A stretch of DNA of 62,000 nt, counting the filler. It is 3 parts of 3 records of this genome, joined end to end, with 100 filler letters (N's around TTAATTAATTAA, not from the genome) between each part and the next. Parts side by side here need not be neighbours in the genome. Positions count along the whole stretch, not along the records: positions 1 to 12,347 come from SRR20825010_7134; 2 more parts are not named here. One strand, given 5' to 3'. Made by a program: the position numbers and the translations under genes. Below the pieces are notes generated by a model. It saw only the letters and a list, made by a program, of their open reading frames with translations. It searched no databases and was not told the DNA's origin. The first letter of the stretch is position 1; every line of letters begins with the position of its first letter. Positions 1 to 8,775 of the stretch are shown here, piece by piece.

Positions 1-720
1 AAGGAATTCCACCTTTCCAGTGCCGATCCGAAGCTGGTCGGCGAGGGCAAGGTCCGGACCATCGGCCATACGAACTACGATGTGGCGGACCAGCTCTCCA
101 ACATGGGCATGGAAGCAGTGCATCCGAACGCGGCGAAGGGACTGCGCCAGGCGGGTATCCCGCTGCGGGTCCGGAACACGTTCGATCCGGCCGATCCGGG
201 CACGATGTTCGAGGGCGATTACGTTTCAGAAGAGCCGCGTGTCGAGATCGTCACCGGTCTGAAGGACGTGCATGCGCTTGAGTTCTTCGAGCAGGAAATG
301 GTCGGCGTCAAAGGCTATGACACCGGCATCCTGGAGGCGCTGAAGCGACACAATGTCCGCATTGTCACCAAGAGCTCGAACGCCAATACCATCACGCACT
401 TCCTGGCCGGCTCGCGCAAGGCGGTGAAGCGGGTGATCGCGGATCTTGGCGAGGCTTTCCCGACGGCGGAGATCTCCACCCGGAATGTCGCCATCGTCTC
501 TGCCATCGGCAGCGACATGTCGGTGCCGGGCCTCGATGCGACGGCACTGCTGGCGCTGACCGAAGCGGGGATCGAGCTGCTTGGCGTGCATCGTCTGTCC
601 CGCAAGGTGGACATGATGTTCATCATGGAAGAGGGCCAGTTCGAGACGGCCATCACGGCATTGCATGCGGCGCTGGTCGAGAGCGACACGGAAACGGCTG
701 CCGAACGCGCGGCCGCCTGA
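1..720 (+). CDS. ask: Aspartate kinase, ectoine-operon type (Ask_Ect), 5'-truncated; C-terminal kinase region plus ACT domains
   Basis: Frame 1 is open from base 1: KEFHLSSADPKLVG...TNYDVADQLSNMGMEAVHP...RVRNTFDP. This pattern is typical of the aspartokinase that follows ectABC(D). ACT-like 'AIVSAIGSDM'. Stop TGA at 718-720. Confidence 0.85.
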   Translation, partial: KEFHLSSADPKLVGEGKVRTIGHTNYDVADQLSNMGMEAVHPNAAKGLRQAGIPLRVRNTFDPADPGTMFEGDYVSEEPRVEIVTGLKDVHALEFFEQEMVGVKGYDTGILEALKRHNVRIVTKSSNANTITHFLAGSRKAVKRVIADLGEAFPTAEISTRNVAIVSAIGSDMSVPGLDATALLALTEAGIELLGVHRLSRKVDMMFIMEEGQFETAITALHAALVESDTETAAERAAA

Positions 721-742
721 AAGCACCGATAGAGACTTTACG

Positions 743-777
743 GCAAAGGCCGGCCCGCATTCCGGGCCGGCCTTTGC
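743..777. terminator. Hairpin / probable intrinsic terminator after ask
   Basis: Perfect 15-bp inverted repeat GCAAAGGCCGGCCCG-cattc-CGGGCCGGCCTTTGC. Confidence 0.7.
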
Positions 778-838
778 ACGTTCATACGCCTGTAGTCTGT
801 TTTCGCTAGAAAGATCACTTCGAAAGCGGGAGTGGTCG

Positions 839-1885
839 ATGAGCGGAATTCGCTATCAGAATGTGTCGAAGAACTTTGGCGAGGTCGAGGTGATCAAAAG
901 CCTCGATCTGGAGATCGCCGACGGCGAGTTCGTGGTCTATGTCGGCCCGTCTGGCTGCGGCAAGACGACCCTGCTCCGGATGATGGCGGGGCTGGAGACG
1001 GTCTCCGCCGGACGGATTTTCATCGGCGAGAACGACGTCACCGACGTGCCGCCGAAGGACCGGAACATCTCCATGGTGTTCCAGAATTACGCCCTCTATC
1101 CACATATGAGCGTGGCCCAGAATATCGGTTTCGGCCTGCGCCTGAAGGGGGTGCCGCGCGCCGAGCGCGACGTGGCTGTGCGCGAGACGGCGGAGCTGCT
1201 CGGTCTTGGCGCCCTGCTGGAGCGCAAGCCGCGTGCTCTCTCCGGCGGTCAGCGCCAGCGGGTGGCTATGGGCCGGGCGATCATCCGGCACCCGGAAGTC
1301 TTCCTCATGGACGAGCCGCTGTCCAACCTCGACGCCCAGCTCCGCAACCACATGCGCACCGAGATCAAGGCGCTGCAAAGCCGGCTCGGCGTGACCACGA
1401 TCTATGTGACGCACGATCAGGTCGAGGCCATGACCATGGCAGACCGGATCGTGGTGCTGAACGGCGGCGAGATCCAGCAGGTCGGCACCCCTGACGAGCT
1501 TTACTCAAACCCGGCAAACAAATTCGTCGCCGGTTTCATCGGCGCGCCTGTGATGAATTTCTTCCCTGCGGACTGGCTGCGGAAAGCCGACACGGCGCGG
1601 CTCGCGGACGGCGCGTCCGAGATCGGCATCCGGCCGGATCGCCTGCGCCTTTGCCAGAGTGAGGGGCCGCTGCCGGTGCAATGGCGCGCCCGGGTGGAAC
1701 TTGTTGAACCGCTCGGCGGCGAGGCGCTGGTCCATGTCGCCTTCGATGGCCAACGCGCCTGCCTGAAGCAGCGCGATAGCATCCGGCCAGTTGCGGGGGA
1801 CGAGATTGAGATCGGGTTCGATCTTGGCGACGCGCATCTGTTCGCGGCGGATGGAGTGGCGCGGCCTGCTGCCGTCGCGTCATAG
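839..1885 (+). CDS. ugpC: ABC transporter ATP-binding protein, UgpC/MalK (CUT1) family
   Basis: Walker A GPSGCGKT, signature LSGGQRQR, Walker B FLMDEPLSNLD, YVTHDQ, C-terminal TOBE-like region. Start moved to ATG 839, which follows a GGGAG RBS. Confidence 0.85.
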   Translation: MSGIRYQNVSKNFGEVEVIKSLDLEIADGEFVVYVGPSGCGKTTLLRMMAGLETVSAGRIFIGENDVTDVPPKDRNISMVFQNYALYPHMSVAQNIGFGLRLKGVPRAERDVAVRETAELLGLGALLERKPRALSGGQRQRVAMGRAIIRHPEVFLMDEPLSNLDAQLRNHMRTEIKALQSRLGVTTIYVTHDQVEAMTMADRIVVLNGGEIQQVGTPDELYSNPANKFVAGFIGAPVMNFFPADWLRKADTARLADGASEIGIRPDRLRLCQSEGPLPVQWRARVELVEPLGGEALVHVAFDGQRACLKQRDSIRPVAGDEIEIGFDLGDAHLFAADGVARPAAVAS

Positions 1886-1889
1886 GTGC

Positions 1890-2462
1890 TCACAATATAG
1901 AGCGAAACACCGCCGCAACCTGTTCGGCTGTCGGTTTCGGGCCCTGGCCGGTGGCATGCATCAGGCTGATGCCGTCGATCAGGCCGGCGCAGGTCTCGAT
2001 CGGCATGTCCGCCTTGCCGTCCGAGATCAGACGGAGGAAGAAGGCGATTGGTCGGCGCGCGGCTTCGGTCAGTCGCACACCTACCCCGGCAAGCTCTTCG
2101 CGCCGGGAGGAGGCGAGGGTGAGCTCAATCCTGGCAAGGAAAAGGTGTCGGGCAGTCTCGGCGTAGGCGACAACCTCTTCCGCCACATAGTCGACGGCCG
2201 CATCGAGGCCCTGCTTTGCCGCCACCTCGGCAAATCCGACCTGCAATTCTTCGCAGTCCTTCTCCAGAAGGGTGGCCAGATGGTCCGCTGCCGAGGCGAG
2301 TAACACGGCTTTCTTGGGGAAGTAATAGGTTGAGGAGCCTTGCGGCAATGCCGCCGCTTCATCGACCGCGCGATGGGTCACGCCCTCTAGCCCGCGCGTC
2401 GCGAGCAGCTCGATTGCGGCATTCAGGATGATTTCCCGGCGGTCCGGTCTTGTCGTTGTCAT
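1890..2462 (-). CDS. TetR/AcrR family transcriptional regulator
   Basis: N-terminal HTH 'RREIILNAAIELLATRGLEGVTHRAVDEAAALPQGSSTYYF'. Start ATG 2462 with GAGG upstream. Confidence 0.9.
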   Translation of the reverse strand: MTTTRPDRREIILNAAIELLATRGLEGVTHRAVDEAAALPQGSSTYYFPKKAVLLASAADHLATLLEKDCEELQVGFAEVAAKQGLDAAVDYVAEEVVAYAETARHLFLARIELTLASSRREELAGVGVRLTEAARRPIAFFLRLISDGKADMPIETCAGLIDGISLMHATGQGPKPTAEQVAAVFRSIL

Positions 2463-2468
2463 GTTGTC

Positions 2469-2496
2469 CTCTACATATGCAGAGTAATGTGCATTA
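2469..2496. promoter_or_regulatory. Candidate TetR operator(s) in the divergent tetR/rid promoter
   Basis: Near-perfect palindrome CTCTACAT|ATGCAGAG (2469-2484), directly followed by TAATG-TG-CATTA (2485-2496). Confidence 0.55.
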
Positions 2497-2532
2497 TACG
2501 CAGCGAAAACCTTCATCAAGGCGGAGATATCT

Positions 2533-2940
2533 ATGACACACCCTATCGTGCGCTTGAACCCTGAGACCCTGCCCAATGCGGCAGAGATCGGATATTCGCA
2601 AATTTCCATCGTCGAACCCGGCCGTATGGCCTTCATTTCCGGTCAGGTCGCCTTGACTCCGGACGGTGCGCCCGTTCCCGAAAGCCTGACCGAGCAGATG
2701 AAGATCGTCTCGGCCAATGCGAAGGCCGCTCTGCAGGCTATGGGCGCCACACCGCATGATGTCGTGATCGCGCGGATCTATCTGGTGAACCTGACGCCTG
2801 AACGGCTGGAAGAGGTGATGCCGACCTTTCTCGCCACTTTTGATGGGGCGCAGCCGTCGGTCACCGGCATTGGCGTCGCGGCACTTGCCGGGCCCGACTT
2901 CCAGGTCGAACTGGAACTGACCGTCAGAGTGCCGGACTGA
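2533..2940 (+). CDS. Rid (YjgF/YER057c/UK114) family protein, non-RidA subtype
   Basis: Motifs 'YSQ', 'FISGQV' and 'ALAGPDFQVELE'. The catalytic Arg position reads P-S-V-T. Confidence 0.85.
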   Translation: MTHPIVRLNPETLPNAAEIGYSQISIVEPGRMAFISGQVALTPDGAPVPESLTEQMKIVSANAKAALQAMGATPHDVVIARIYLVNLTPERLEEVMPTFLATFDGAQPSVTGIGVAALAGPDFQVELELTVRVPD

Positions 2941-2969
2941 TGTCAGCAGGACGATTGCCGTCCCTATAA

Positions 2970-3001
2970 GAAAAGCCCCGCCGTCACCGGCGGGGCTTTT
3001 C
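2970..3001. terminator. Bidirectional intrinsic terminator between convergent rid and ugpB-like genes
   Basis: GAAAAGCCCCGCCG-tcac-CGGCGGGGCTTTTC, with A/T tracts on both sides. Confidence 0.85.
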
Positions 3002-3021
3002 CGTTTGATATGGCGTAACGC

Positions 3022-4311
3022 TTACTTCAGCGTCAGCGCGGTCTGCTCGGCATAGGGCGCGAGGATCGCGTCGGCGTTCTTCTGCGCCCGGGTGGCGGCT
3101 TCGCGGAAGGTCAGCTCCGGGTCAGACAGAAGGGCCTGCATCTCGTCCTCGACGGCCTTGCGGACGGCGACGGTGTTGTAGGTCGCGATCCACGGACCGG
3201 CATAGGCGAGCTGTTCGACAGCGCGCAGCGCGTCCGGGTGCTCGGCGGTGAACTTCTTCATTTCCGGCAGATCGTAAGCGGTCTGGCGCGGGGCGAAGTA
3301 ACCGGTGAAGCGGGACCAGTGGCCGATCTTCTCGGCCGAGGTCAGCCAGGAGATGAATTCCCACGCACCTTTTTTCTGGGCGTCGGTGGTGCCTTTGAAG
3401 GAGACCAGGGAGGCGCCGCCGATCGGCACCGAGTTACGGATGTTGCGCGGCATGAAGGCGACGTCATAGTCGAACTTCGCGTTTTCGCGGACGAAGGTGA
3501 GCGCGCCGGTGGAGAGCACGATCATCGAGGCCTTGCCGGAGAAGAAGGAGGTGGAGACCTGCTTGGAGTTGGTCACGCCTGTCGGCATCGCCTTGTGCTG
3601 ATGCGCGAAGTCGCGCCAGAATTTCAGCGCGCCCTGTGTGGAAGCGTGGTCGTAGAAGATCTCGCCCGGATAGACCGTGTTGTAGAACTGACCGCCATTG
3701 GCCATGGTCAGGGCCTGCACGAGCCAGCCGTTATAGTCGTAGTTGGACGGCATCATGATGCCCCAACGCTCGCCGTCCGGCTTGGTCAGCTTCTTCGCGG
3801 CATCGACCCATTCGGCCCAGGTTTCCGGCGCCTTGGTAATGCCGGCTTCGGCGAAGTGTTCCTTGTTGTAGTAAAGGATCGGGGTCGAGTTCTGGAACGG
3901 GATGGAATAGACGTCGCCGTTGAAATAGGCGTTCGGACGCACGGCCGGCCAGAATTCCTGCATCAGGCCGTCGAGGTCGGTATCGCCCGCCAATTCCTTC
4001 ATCGGAACGATCAGGTCGTTCATTGCCAGTTCGGTGGCGAAGTTGGCGCTCATCAGCACCACTGCCGGCGGTTTGCCCGCTTCGGCGGCGGCCTGGGATT
4101 TCACCTTGGTGTCGTCATAGCTGCCGGTAAAGACACCGACGACTTCGACGCCGTCCTGTGAGGAATTGAATTCCTTCACCAGCTTCTGCATTTCGCGGGA
4201 CAGCTTGCCCTGGACCGGGGCCGGGAACATGAATTCGATACGCTCGGCCGCACCGGCGGACGAGGCGATCAGACCGGCGCAGAGCGCGCCAACCGCATAC
4301 CTGAAGAACAT
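3022..4311 (-). CDS. ugpB: ABC transporter substrate-binding protein, UgpB-like (glycerol-3-phosphate/glycerophosphodiester family)
   Basis: Signal peptide MFFRYAVGALCAGLIASSAGAA; 'SIPFQNSTPILYYNK', 'PIGGASL', 'WSRFTGY'. The real start is ATG 4311 after an AAGGAG RBS; the track's upstream extension overlaps the permease. Confidence 0.8.
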   Translation of the reverse strand: MFFRYAVGALCAGLIASSAGAAERIEFMFPAPVQGKLSREMQKLVKEFNSSQDGVEVVGVFTGSYDDTKVKSQAAAEAGKPPAVVLMSANFATELAMNDLIVPMKELAGDTDLDGLMQEFWPAVRPNAYFNGDVYSIPFQNSTPILYYNKEHFAEAGITKAPETWAEWVDAAKKLTKPDGERWGIMMPSNYDYNGWLVQALTMANGGQFYNTVYPGEIFYDHASTQGALKFWRDFAHQHKAMPTGVTNSKQVSTSFFSGKASMIVLSTGALTFVRENAKFDYDVAFMPRNIRNSVPIGGASLVSFKGTTDAQKKGAWEFISWLTSAEKIGHWSRFTGYFAPRQTAYDLPEMKKFTAEHPDALRAVEQLAYAGPWIATYNTVAVRKAVEDEMQALLSDPELTFREAATRAQKNADAILAPYAEQTALTLK

Positions 4312-4322
4312 CGTTAAGCTCC

Positions 4323-5165
4323 TTATTTCACGCCGGATGACATGAAACTGTTGACGAATTGCCGCTGGAACGCCGTGAAGGCGATGAACAGCGGCGCCAT
4401 GATGAAGAGCGTCCCGGCGGCGATAAGCCCCCAGTCCGACGCTCCCTCCGCGCCTTGCGCGAAGCTGACGAGGCCCACGGTCAGAACCATCTTGTCCGGA
4501 TCGTTGATGACCATCAGGGGCCAGAGAAATTCGTTCCAGTGATAGACCACCGAAACGATGGAAAAGGCGGTGAGCCCGGGCAGCGAGAGCGGGATCAGCA
4601 CATGGCGCAGCACCTGCCACCAGGAGGCGCCGTCGATGATCGCGGCTTCCTCGAAATCCTTCGGGATGGTGCGGAAGGTCTGGCGCATCAGGAAGGTGCC
4701 GAAGGCAGAGCCCCAATAGGGAGCCATGACGCCGATCAGGCTGTCATAGAGGCCGAGATGCACCAGCGTCGTCAGGTTCGGCACGATCAGCACCGGCGGC
4801 GCCAGCATCAGCTGCAGCAGGAAGATGTAGAAGATCGCTTCCTTGCCGGGGAACTGGATCCGCGCGAAGGCATACCCGGCAAGGCTGATGGTGACGAGCT
4901 GGACGATCAGCGTGCCGGTGACGAGGATGGTCGAGTTCAGGAACCAGAGCGGCCAGTAGCCGTCCTCTATGGCGTATTTGTAGCTTTGCAGCGTCGGCAC
5001 GAAATCCGGGAACAGCGAGGCCATGCCGAGCCCGCCGCCTGCGTCCGGCCGAAAGCTGGCGATCAGCATCCAGAGAAACGGTGTCGACCAGAGGAAGACC
5101 ACGGCGCACATGATGGCGGCGACCAGCGCGCCGGGGGCGAGCCACTGTTTAAAATCAGGTTTCAT
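4323..5165 (-). CDS. ugpE: Carbohydrate/G3P ABC transporter permease (UgpE/MalG-like)
   Basis: Multiple TM segments; EAA loop 'FEEAAIIDGAS'; 'WNEFLWPL'. Confidence 0.8.
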   Translation of the reverse strand: MKPDFKQWLAPGALVAAIMCAVVFLWSTPFLWMLIASFRPDAGGGLGMASLFPDFVPTLQSYKYAIEDGYWPLWFLNSTILVTGTLIVQLVTISLAGYAFARIQFPGKEAIFYIFLLQLMLAPPVLIVPNLTTLVHLGLYDSLIGVMAPYWGSAFGTFLMRQTFRTIPKDFEEAAIIDGASWWQVLRHVLIPLSLPGLTAFSIVSVVYHWNEFLWPLMVINDPDKMVLTVGLVSFAQGAEGASDWGLIAAGTLFIMAPLFIAFTAFQRQFVNSFMSSGVK

Positions 5166-6066
5166 AATGCACCTTGCGTTCGACGGTGCGGAGCGACAGG
5201 AAGGAGAGCGTCAGCAGGGCGATCAGGGTGATGACTGTGGCCGCCGTCGCCTTGCCCAGATCGTAGAATTCATGGGCCTGCTGATAGATGTAATAGAGCA
5301 GCAGGTTGGTCGCGTTGTTCGGTCCGCCATCGGTCATGACGATGACGTGGTCGACCTGGCTGACCGCGCTGATCAGGGCGATGACCATGACGAAGGCGAA
5401 GGTCGGCCCGAGCATCGGGATGATCACGAAATAGAGTCGCTGCAGCCAGTTCGCGCCCTCGATCTTCGCCGCTTCCTCCGCGTCCTGCGGGACGCCCTGT
5501 AATCCGGCGAGGAAGAACAGCATGTAATAGCCGGCATTCTTCCAGGTGGTCAGCGCCATCAGGGAGACCAGCGCGAGATCCGGGTTGCCGAGCCAGTTGG
5601 TGGCGGAGATGCCGAGCTTGGCGAGGTAGTAATCCAGCAGGCCGATATCCGGCATGAAGACAAAGATGAAGATCGCCGCCGCGCCAACGAGCGGCACGAG
5701 TGTCGGGAAGAACAGGATCGAGCGCAGGATTGCGGACAGGTTCGTCGTCTCGCGCAGGGCCAGCGCGAACAGAAAGCCGAACAGCACGCTCGGGATTACC
5801 GTGCCAGCGGCATAGAGCGCGTTGTTGCCCAGCGCACCGAGGAAATGTGCATCCTGAAAGATCCGGACATAGTTCTCCGCACCGACGAAGGCGCCACTGT
5901 CACCGACCCGCTTCTTGTCCGAGAGCGAGGCCAGAAGGACCTGCAGCATCGGCCAATAAGTAAAGGCGGCGAGACAGAGAAACGCCGGTAACAGCAGAAG
6001 ATATGGTCGCGCGGATCTGAAGGATCCCGGCGCTTCCCGGGCAGGCTTGTTCACGGCTCTCAACAC
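5155..6066 (-). CDS. ugpA: Carbohydrate/G3P ABC transporter permease (UgpA/MalF-like)
   Basis: 'FVGAENY', 'WKNAGYYMLFFLAGLQ', EAA loop 'EEAAKIEGAN'. The start may be GTG 6054, which has better spacing from the GAGGAG RBS. Confidence 0.8.
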   Translation of the reverse strand: MLRAVNKPAREAPGSFRSARPYLLLLPAFLCLAAFTYWPMLQVLLASLSDKKRVGDSGAFVGAENYVRIFQDAHFLGALGNNALYAAGTVIPSVLFGFLFALALRETTNLSAILRSILFFPTLVPLVGAAAIFIFVFMPDIGLLDYYLAKLGISATNWLGNPDLALVSLMALTTWKNAGYYMLFFLAGLQGVPQDAEEAAKIEGANWLQRLYFVIIPMLGPTFAFVMVIALISAVSQVDHVIVMTDGGPNNATNLLLYYIYQQAHEFYDLGKATAATVITLIALLTLSFLSLRTVERKVHYET

Positions 6067-6313
6067 TCCTCGTCATGTGAGGAGGAGTGGGTATCACCAT
6101 CATTCGAACACTCGTGTCACCGCCATGTGAACATTGTGGGAATGATTGAAGTCGGAACGAAGATGCGAGCGCATGCGCGTTCGAACAATGCGTCTGTTCG
6201 TTTGTCTTCCCATGCTTGCGGAGCCTTCCGTGCGGGACGCCCGTGGCTCTTGCCGGGAACTTTTAGCCCTCCATCGCCGTTATTCACTCTGTGTGAAGCA
6301 GCCTCGGGGCGGA

Positions 6314-7129
6314 ATGACAGCGATGAGCGACAAGTCGGACTCGGAAGAACGTGTCGATGAGCACCGTCCTCTGACATCGGAAGAAACCTTCCATGTGGTC
6401 AGCGAAAGCGGTCTTGAAGAGTTGCGGCGCCCAACCGTCTCGCTCGCCTGGTCCGGTCTCGCGGCCGGTCTCGCACTTGGTTTTTCCGTTGTGGCCGAGG
6501 CGGTGATCGCGGGACATCTGCCGGATGATGCGGAATGGACGCCTCTGGTCGCGGATATGGGCTACACGGTCGGTTTCATTATCGTCGTGCTGGGCCGCCT
6601 GCAGCTTTTTACCGAAAACACGATCACGCCGGTTTTGCCGATCTGCAAGGAGCCGAGCAGAGGCAACCTGTTCGCGCTGGCACGGAACTGGTCCGTCGTT
6701 CTGACGGCGAACCTGGTCGGTGCGATGCTTTTCGCGGCTTTCATCATGCTGACACCGGCATTATCTGAATCCGCCCAAGGCGAAATTCTGGAGCTTGGCC
6801 GCCATGTTGCGGATGATGGCTTCCAGGTCACCGTGATCAGAGGCATTGGGGCCGGTTTCCTGATCGCGTCACTGGTCTGGGTGATGGCGAACACGCTGAG
6901 CGGCCAGTTGCTTGCCATCTTCATCGTGACCTATATCGTCGCGCTTTGCGGCTTTGCCCACGTGGTTGCCGGCACCGTTGAAATCTCGGCTCTGGTGCTG
7001 ACCGGCAATCTGGCGGCCGGAACGGCCTTCACCGGTTTCATCCTGCCCGCCCTGATCGGGAACATCATCGGCGGCACCGTTCTGTTCGGCTTCATCTCCT
7101 ACGCGCAGGTCTCCCGCGAGGTGGAGTAG
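6314..7129 (+). CDS. Formate/nitrite transporter (FNT) family channel, YfdC-like
   Basis: 'LFTENT', 'FAHVVAG', 'GNIIGG' motifs and about 6 TM helices. Start is ATG 6314 or 6323. Confidence 0.85.
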   Translation: MTAMSDKSDSEERVDEHRPLTSEETFHVVSESGLEELRRPTVSLAWSGLAAGLALGFSVVAEAVIAGHLPDDAEWTPLVADMGYTVGFIIVVLGRLQLFTENTITPVLPICKEPSRGNLFALARNWSVVLTANLVGAMLFAAFIMLTPALSESAQGEILELGRHVADDGFQVTVIRGIGAGFLIASLVWVMANTLSGQLLAIFIVTYIVALCGFAHVVAGTVEISALVLTGNLAAGTAFTGFILPALIGNIIGGTVLFGFISYAQVSREVE

Positions 7130-7145
7130 AGGCCCGGAGGCGGGG

Positions 7146-7856
7146 TTAGAACCGGCGCGGAACAAGGCCGGACTGGAACCAGGAAACGAAGCTCAGCATG
7201 GAATAGACCGGCAGCCCGGTGGCGTCCCGGATATCGGCGGCATAGGGCAGCATGTTGGTACATTCCAGCACGATGGCGCCCAGCTCAGGGTGCTCCCGCT
7301 GCAGCTTTTCGGCGGCTTCCACATTGTCCTGACGGGCGGCTTCGACATCCAGCTCAAGCTCATTGTCGAGCAGCACGCGGGTGAATTCCCGTCCGCCTTC
7401 AGTACTGCCGACCGGTGTGCCGTCGGGCACCCGCGCCTTGCGCAAATGTTCTGGCGTCAGGCTGGAGCCGGAGACGGTCAGGATGCCGGTCTTCTTTCCG
7501 GCGGGTAGCAGCCGGTTCACCATATCCACCTGCATCAGCGAAGAGGTGGCGACCGGAACGCCGACCGCGCTGGCCAGCTCTTCCTGGAAGAGCGAGAGAA
7601 AGCCGCAATTGGTGGTGATACCGTCAACACCGTCGGCGACCAGCCCCCGGGCGGCCTCGATGAAATTATCCAGCAGGCCCTCGGCGCCGCGCCTTACCAC
7701 CCGGTCCGGCGAGGCGTCCCGGACGACGCGGTAATGCACCGGGAAATCCCAGGTCGTCGCGTTGCCCATGTCGCCCGGAATGCGCGGGAATTGCGCTTCC
7801 AGCATGAGGATACCGACAGAGGCGCCATAGATTGCCTTCCCGCCGCGTACTTTCAT
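7146..7856 (-). CDS. Asp/Glu/hydantoin racemase superfamily protein
   Basis: Two conserved Cys motifs 'ITTNCGFL' and 'VLECTNM'; N-terminal 'FPRIPGDMGNA'. Confidence 0.8.
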   Translation of the reverse strand: MKVRGGKAIYGASVGILMLEAQFPRIPGDMGNATTWDFPVHYRVVRDASPDRVVRRGAEGLLDNFIEAARGLVADGVDGITTNCGFLSLFQEELASAVGVPVATSSLMQVDMVNRLLPAGKKTGILTVSGSSLTPEHLRKARVPDGTPVGSTEGGREFTRVLLDNELELDVEAARQDNVEAAEKLQREHPELGAIVLECTNMLPYAADIRDATGLPVYSMLSFVSWFQSGLVPRRF

Positions 7857-7872
7857 TTCCGGTCTCCTGACG

Positions 7873-8574
7873 TCAGTCTTCCTGGGGCTCGAACTGCCGG
7901 TCGAACAGCTCTTCCGGGCCGGCCATGTAGATGTTCGAGAAACTTTCCTTCACCGATGCCACGATCTGGTCCATCCGGCGCCGGATATGCTTGCCGAGGA
8001 TATCGGCGGCCCGGTCCGCGTCCCGGTCCAGCATGGCGTCCATGATCGCGCGATGCTCGCCCTTGGTTTCCTTCACGCGGGACGACATGTCGAGCCAGCG
8101 GATGAAGCGGATACGCTGGTTGATCTGCGCCAGATGCAGGGCGAGTTCGTGATTGCCGGACAGCTCGGCGATGGCGATATGAAAGGCCTCGTCCCGCTCG
8201 GTCACCTCGCGCACGGTCTTGCCGACATAGCTCAGGCCGTTGGCCAGAAGGTCCTCGTTCAGGGCCTTCAGCTGCGCATCGCTGGCGCTTTCGCAAGCCT
8301 TGCGGAGAGCGGCCAGCTCGATGATTTCGCGCAGCTCGTACAGCTCATAGACGGAGCGCGCATCCAGTTCCCGGCAGAAGAAGCCGAGCCCCGGTTTGAA
8401 ATCAATCAGATGCTCCGTGACGAGACGGTTCAGCGCCTCGCGCAGGGGCGTGCGGCTGACCGCCAGCTCCCGCGAAAGGCCGATCTCGTTGATCCGCTCT
8501 CCCGGCCGGAACTGGAAATTCACAGCCCGTTCCTTCAGCCGTATATAGGCCTCTTCAACCCGGCCTTCACTCAT
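7873..8574 (-). CDS. GntR family (FadR/FCD) transcriptional regulator
   Basis: wHTH 'PGERINE..LSRELAVSRTPLREAL'; FCD motifs 'DEAFHIAI' and 'EHRAIMDA'. Confidence 0.9.
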   Translation of the reverse strand: MSEGRVEEAYIRLKERAVNFQFRPGERINEIGLSRELAVSRTPLREALNRLVTEHLIDFKPGLGFFCRELDARSVYELYELREIIELAALRKACESASDAQLKALNEDLLANGLSYVGKTVREVTERDEAFHIAIAELSGNHELALHLAQINQRIRFIRWLDMSSRVKETKGEHRAIMDAMLDRDADRAADILGKHIRRRMDQIVASVKESFSNIYMAGPEELFDRQFEPQED

Positions 8575-8645
8575 GGTGTTTCATCCGAACAGTTTCTTGC
8601 TGATGCGCCTTGACTCCGGCGCGGCCCTTTTGGAACATGCAGGCC

Positions 8646-8657
8646 TGTATACAATAC
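8646..8657. promoter_or_regulatory. Candidate GntR/FadR operator in the divergent promoter
   Basis: TGTATACA palindrome extended by ATAC (TGTATACAATAC), resembling FadR-subfamily TTGTATACAA-type boxes. It lies between gntR and the PhzF-family gene. Confidence 0.45.
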
Positions 8658-8775
8658 TGTGCTCAAAAACTCTCTGCCAGCGCAATTCGCGCGTCATGCA
8701 AGTCATATGGCCGATGCCTGTGTTTGCGCGATCGTCCTTCTTTGGGTGGAGGCGCGTGCGAGGAAGGAAAATGAT

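Noticed and set aside
3022..4716. 564-aa ORF suggesting an N-terminally extended or fused binding protein
   Set aside because: The extension overlaps the permease in another frame. The signal peptide and RBS define the start at 4311.
6114..6142. PHO-box-like 11-nt periodic GTGTCAC / ATGTGAA / GTGGGAA upstream of the ugp-like operon
   Set aside because: Only one good half-site, and it points away from the operon; too weak to call.
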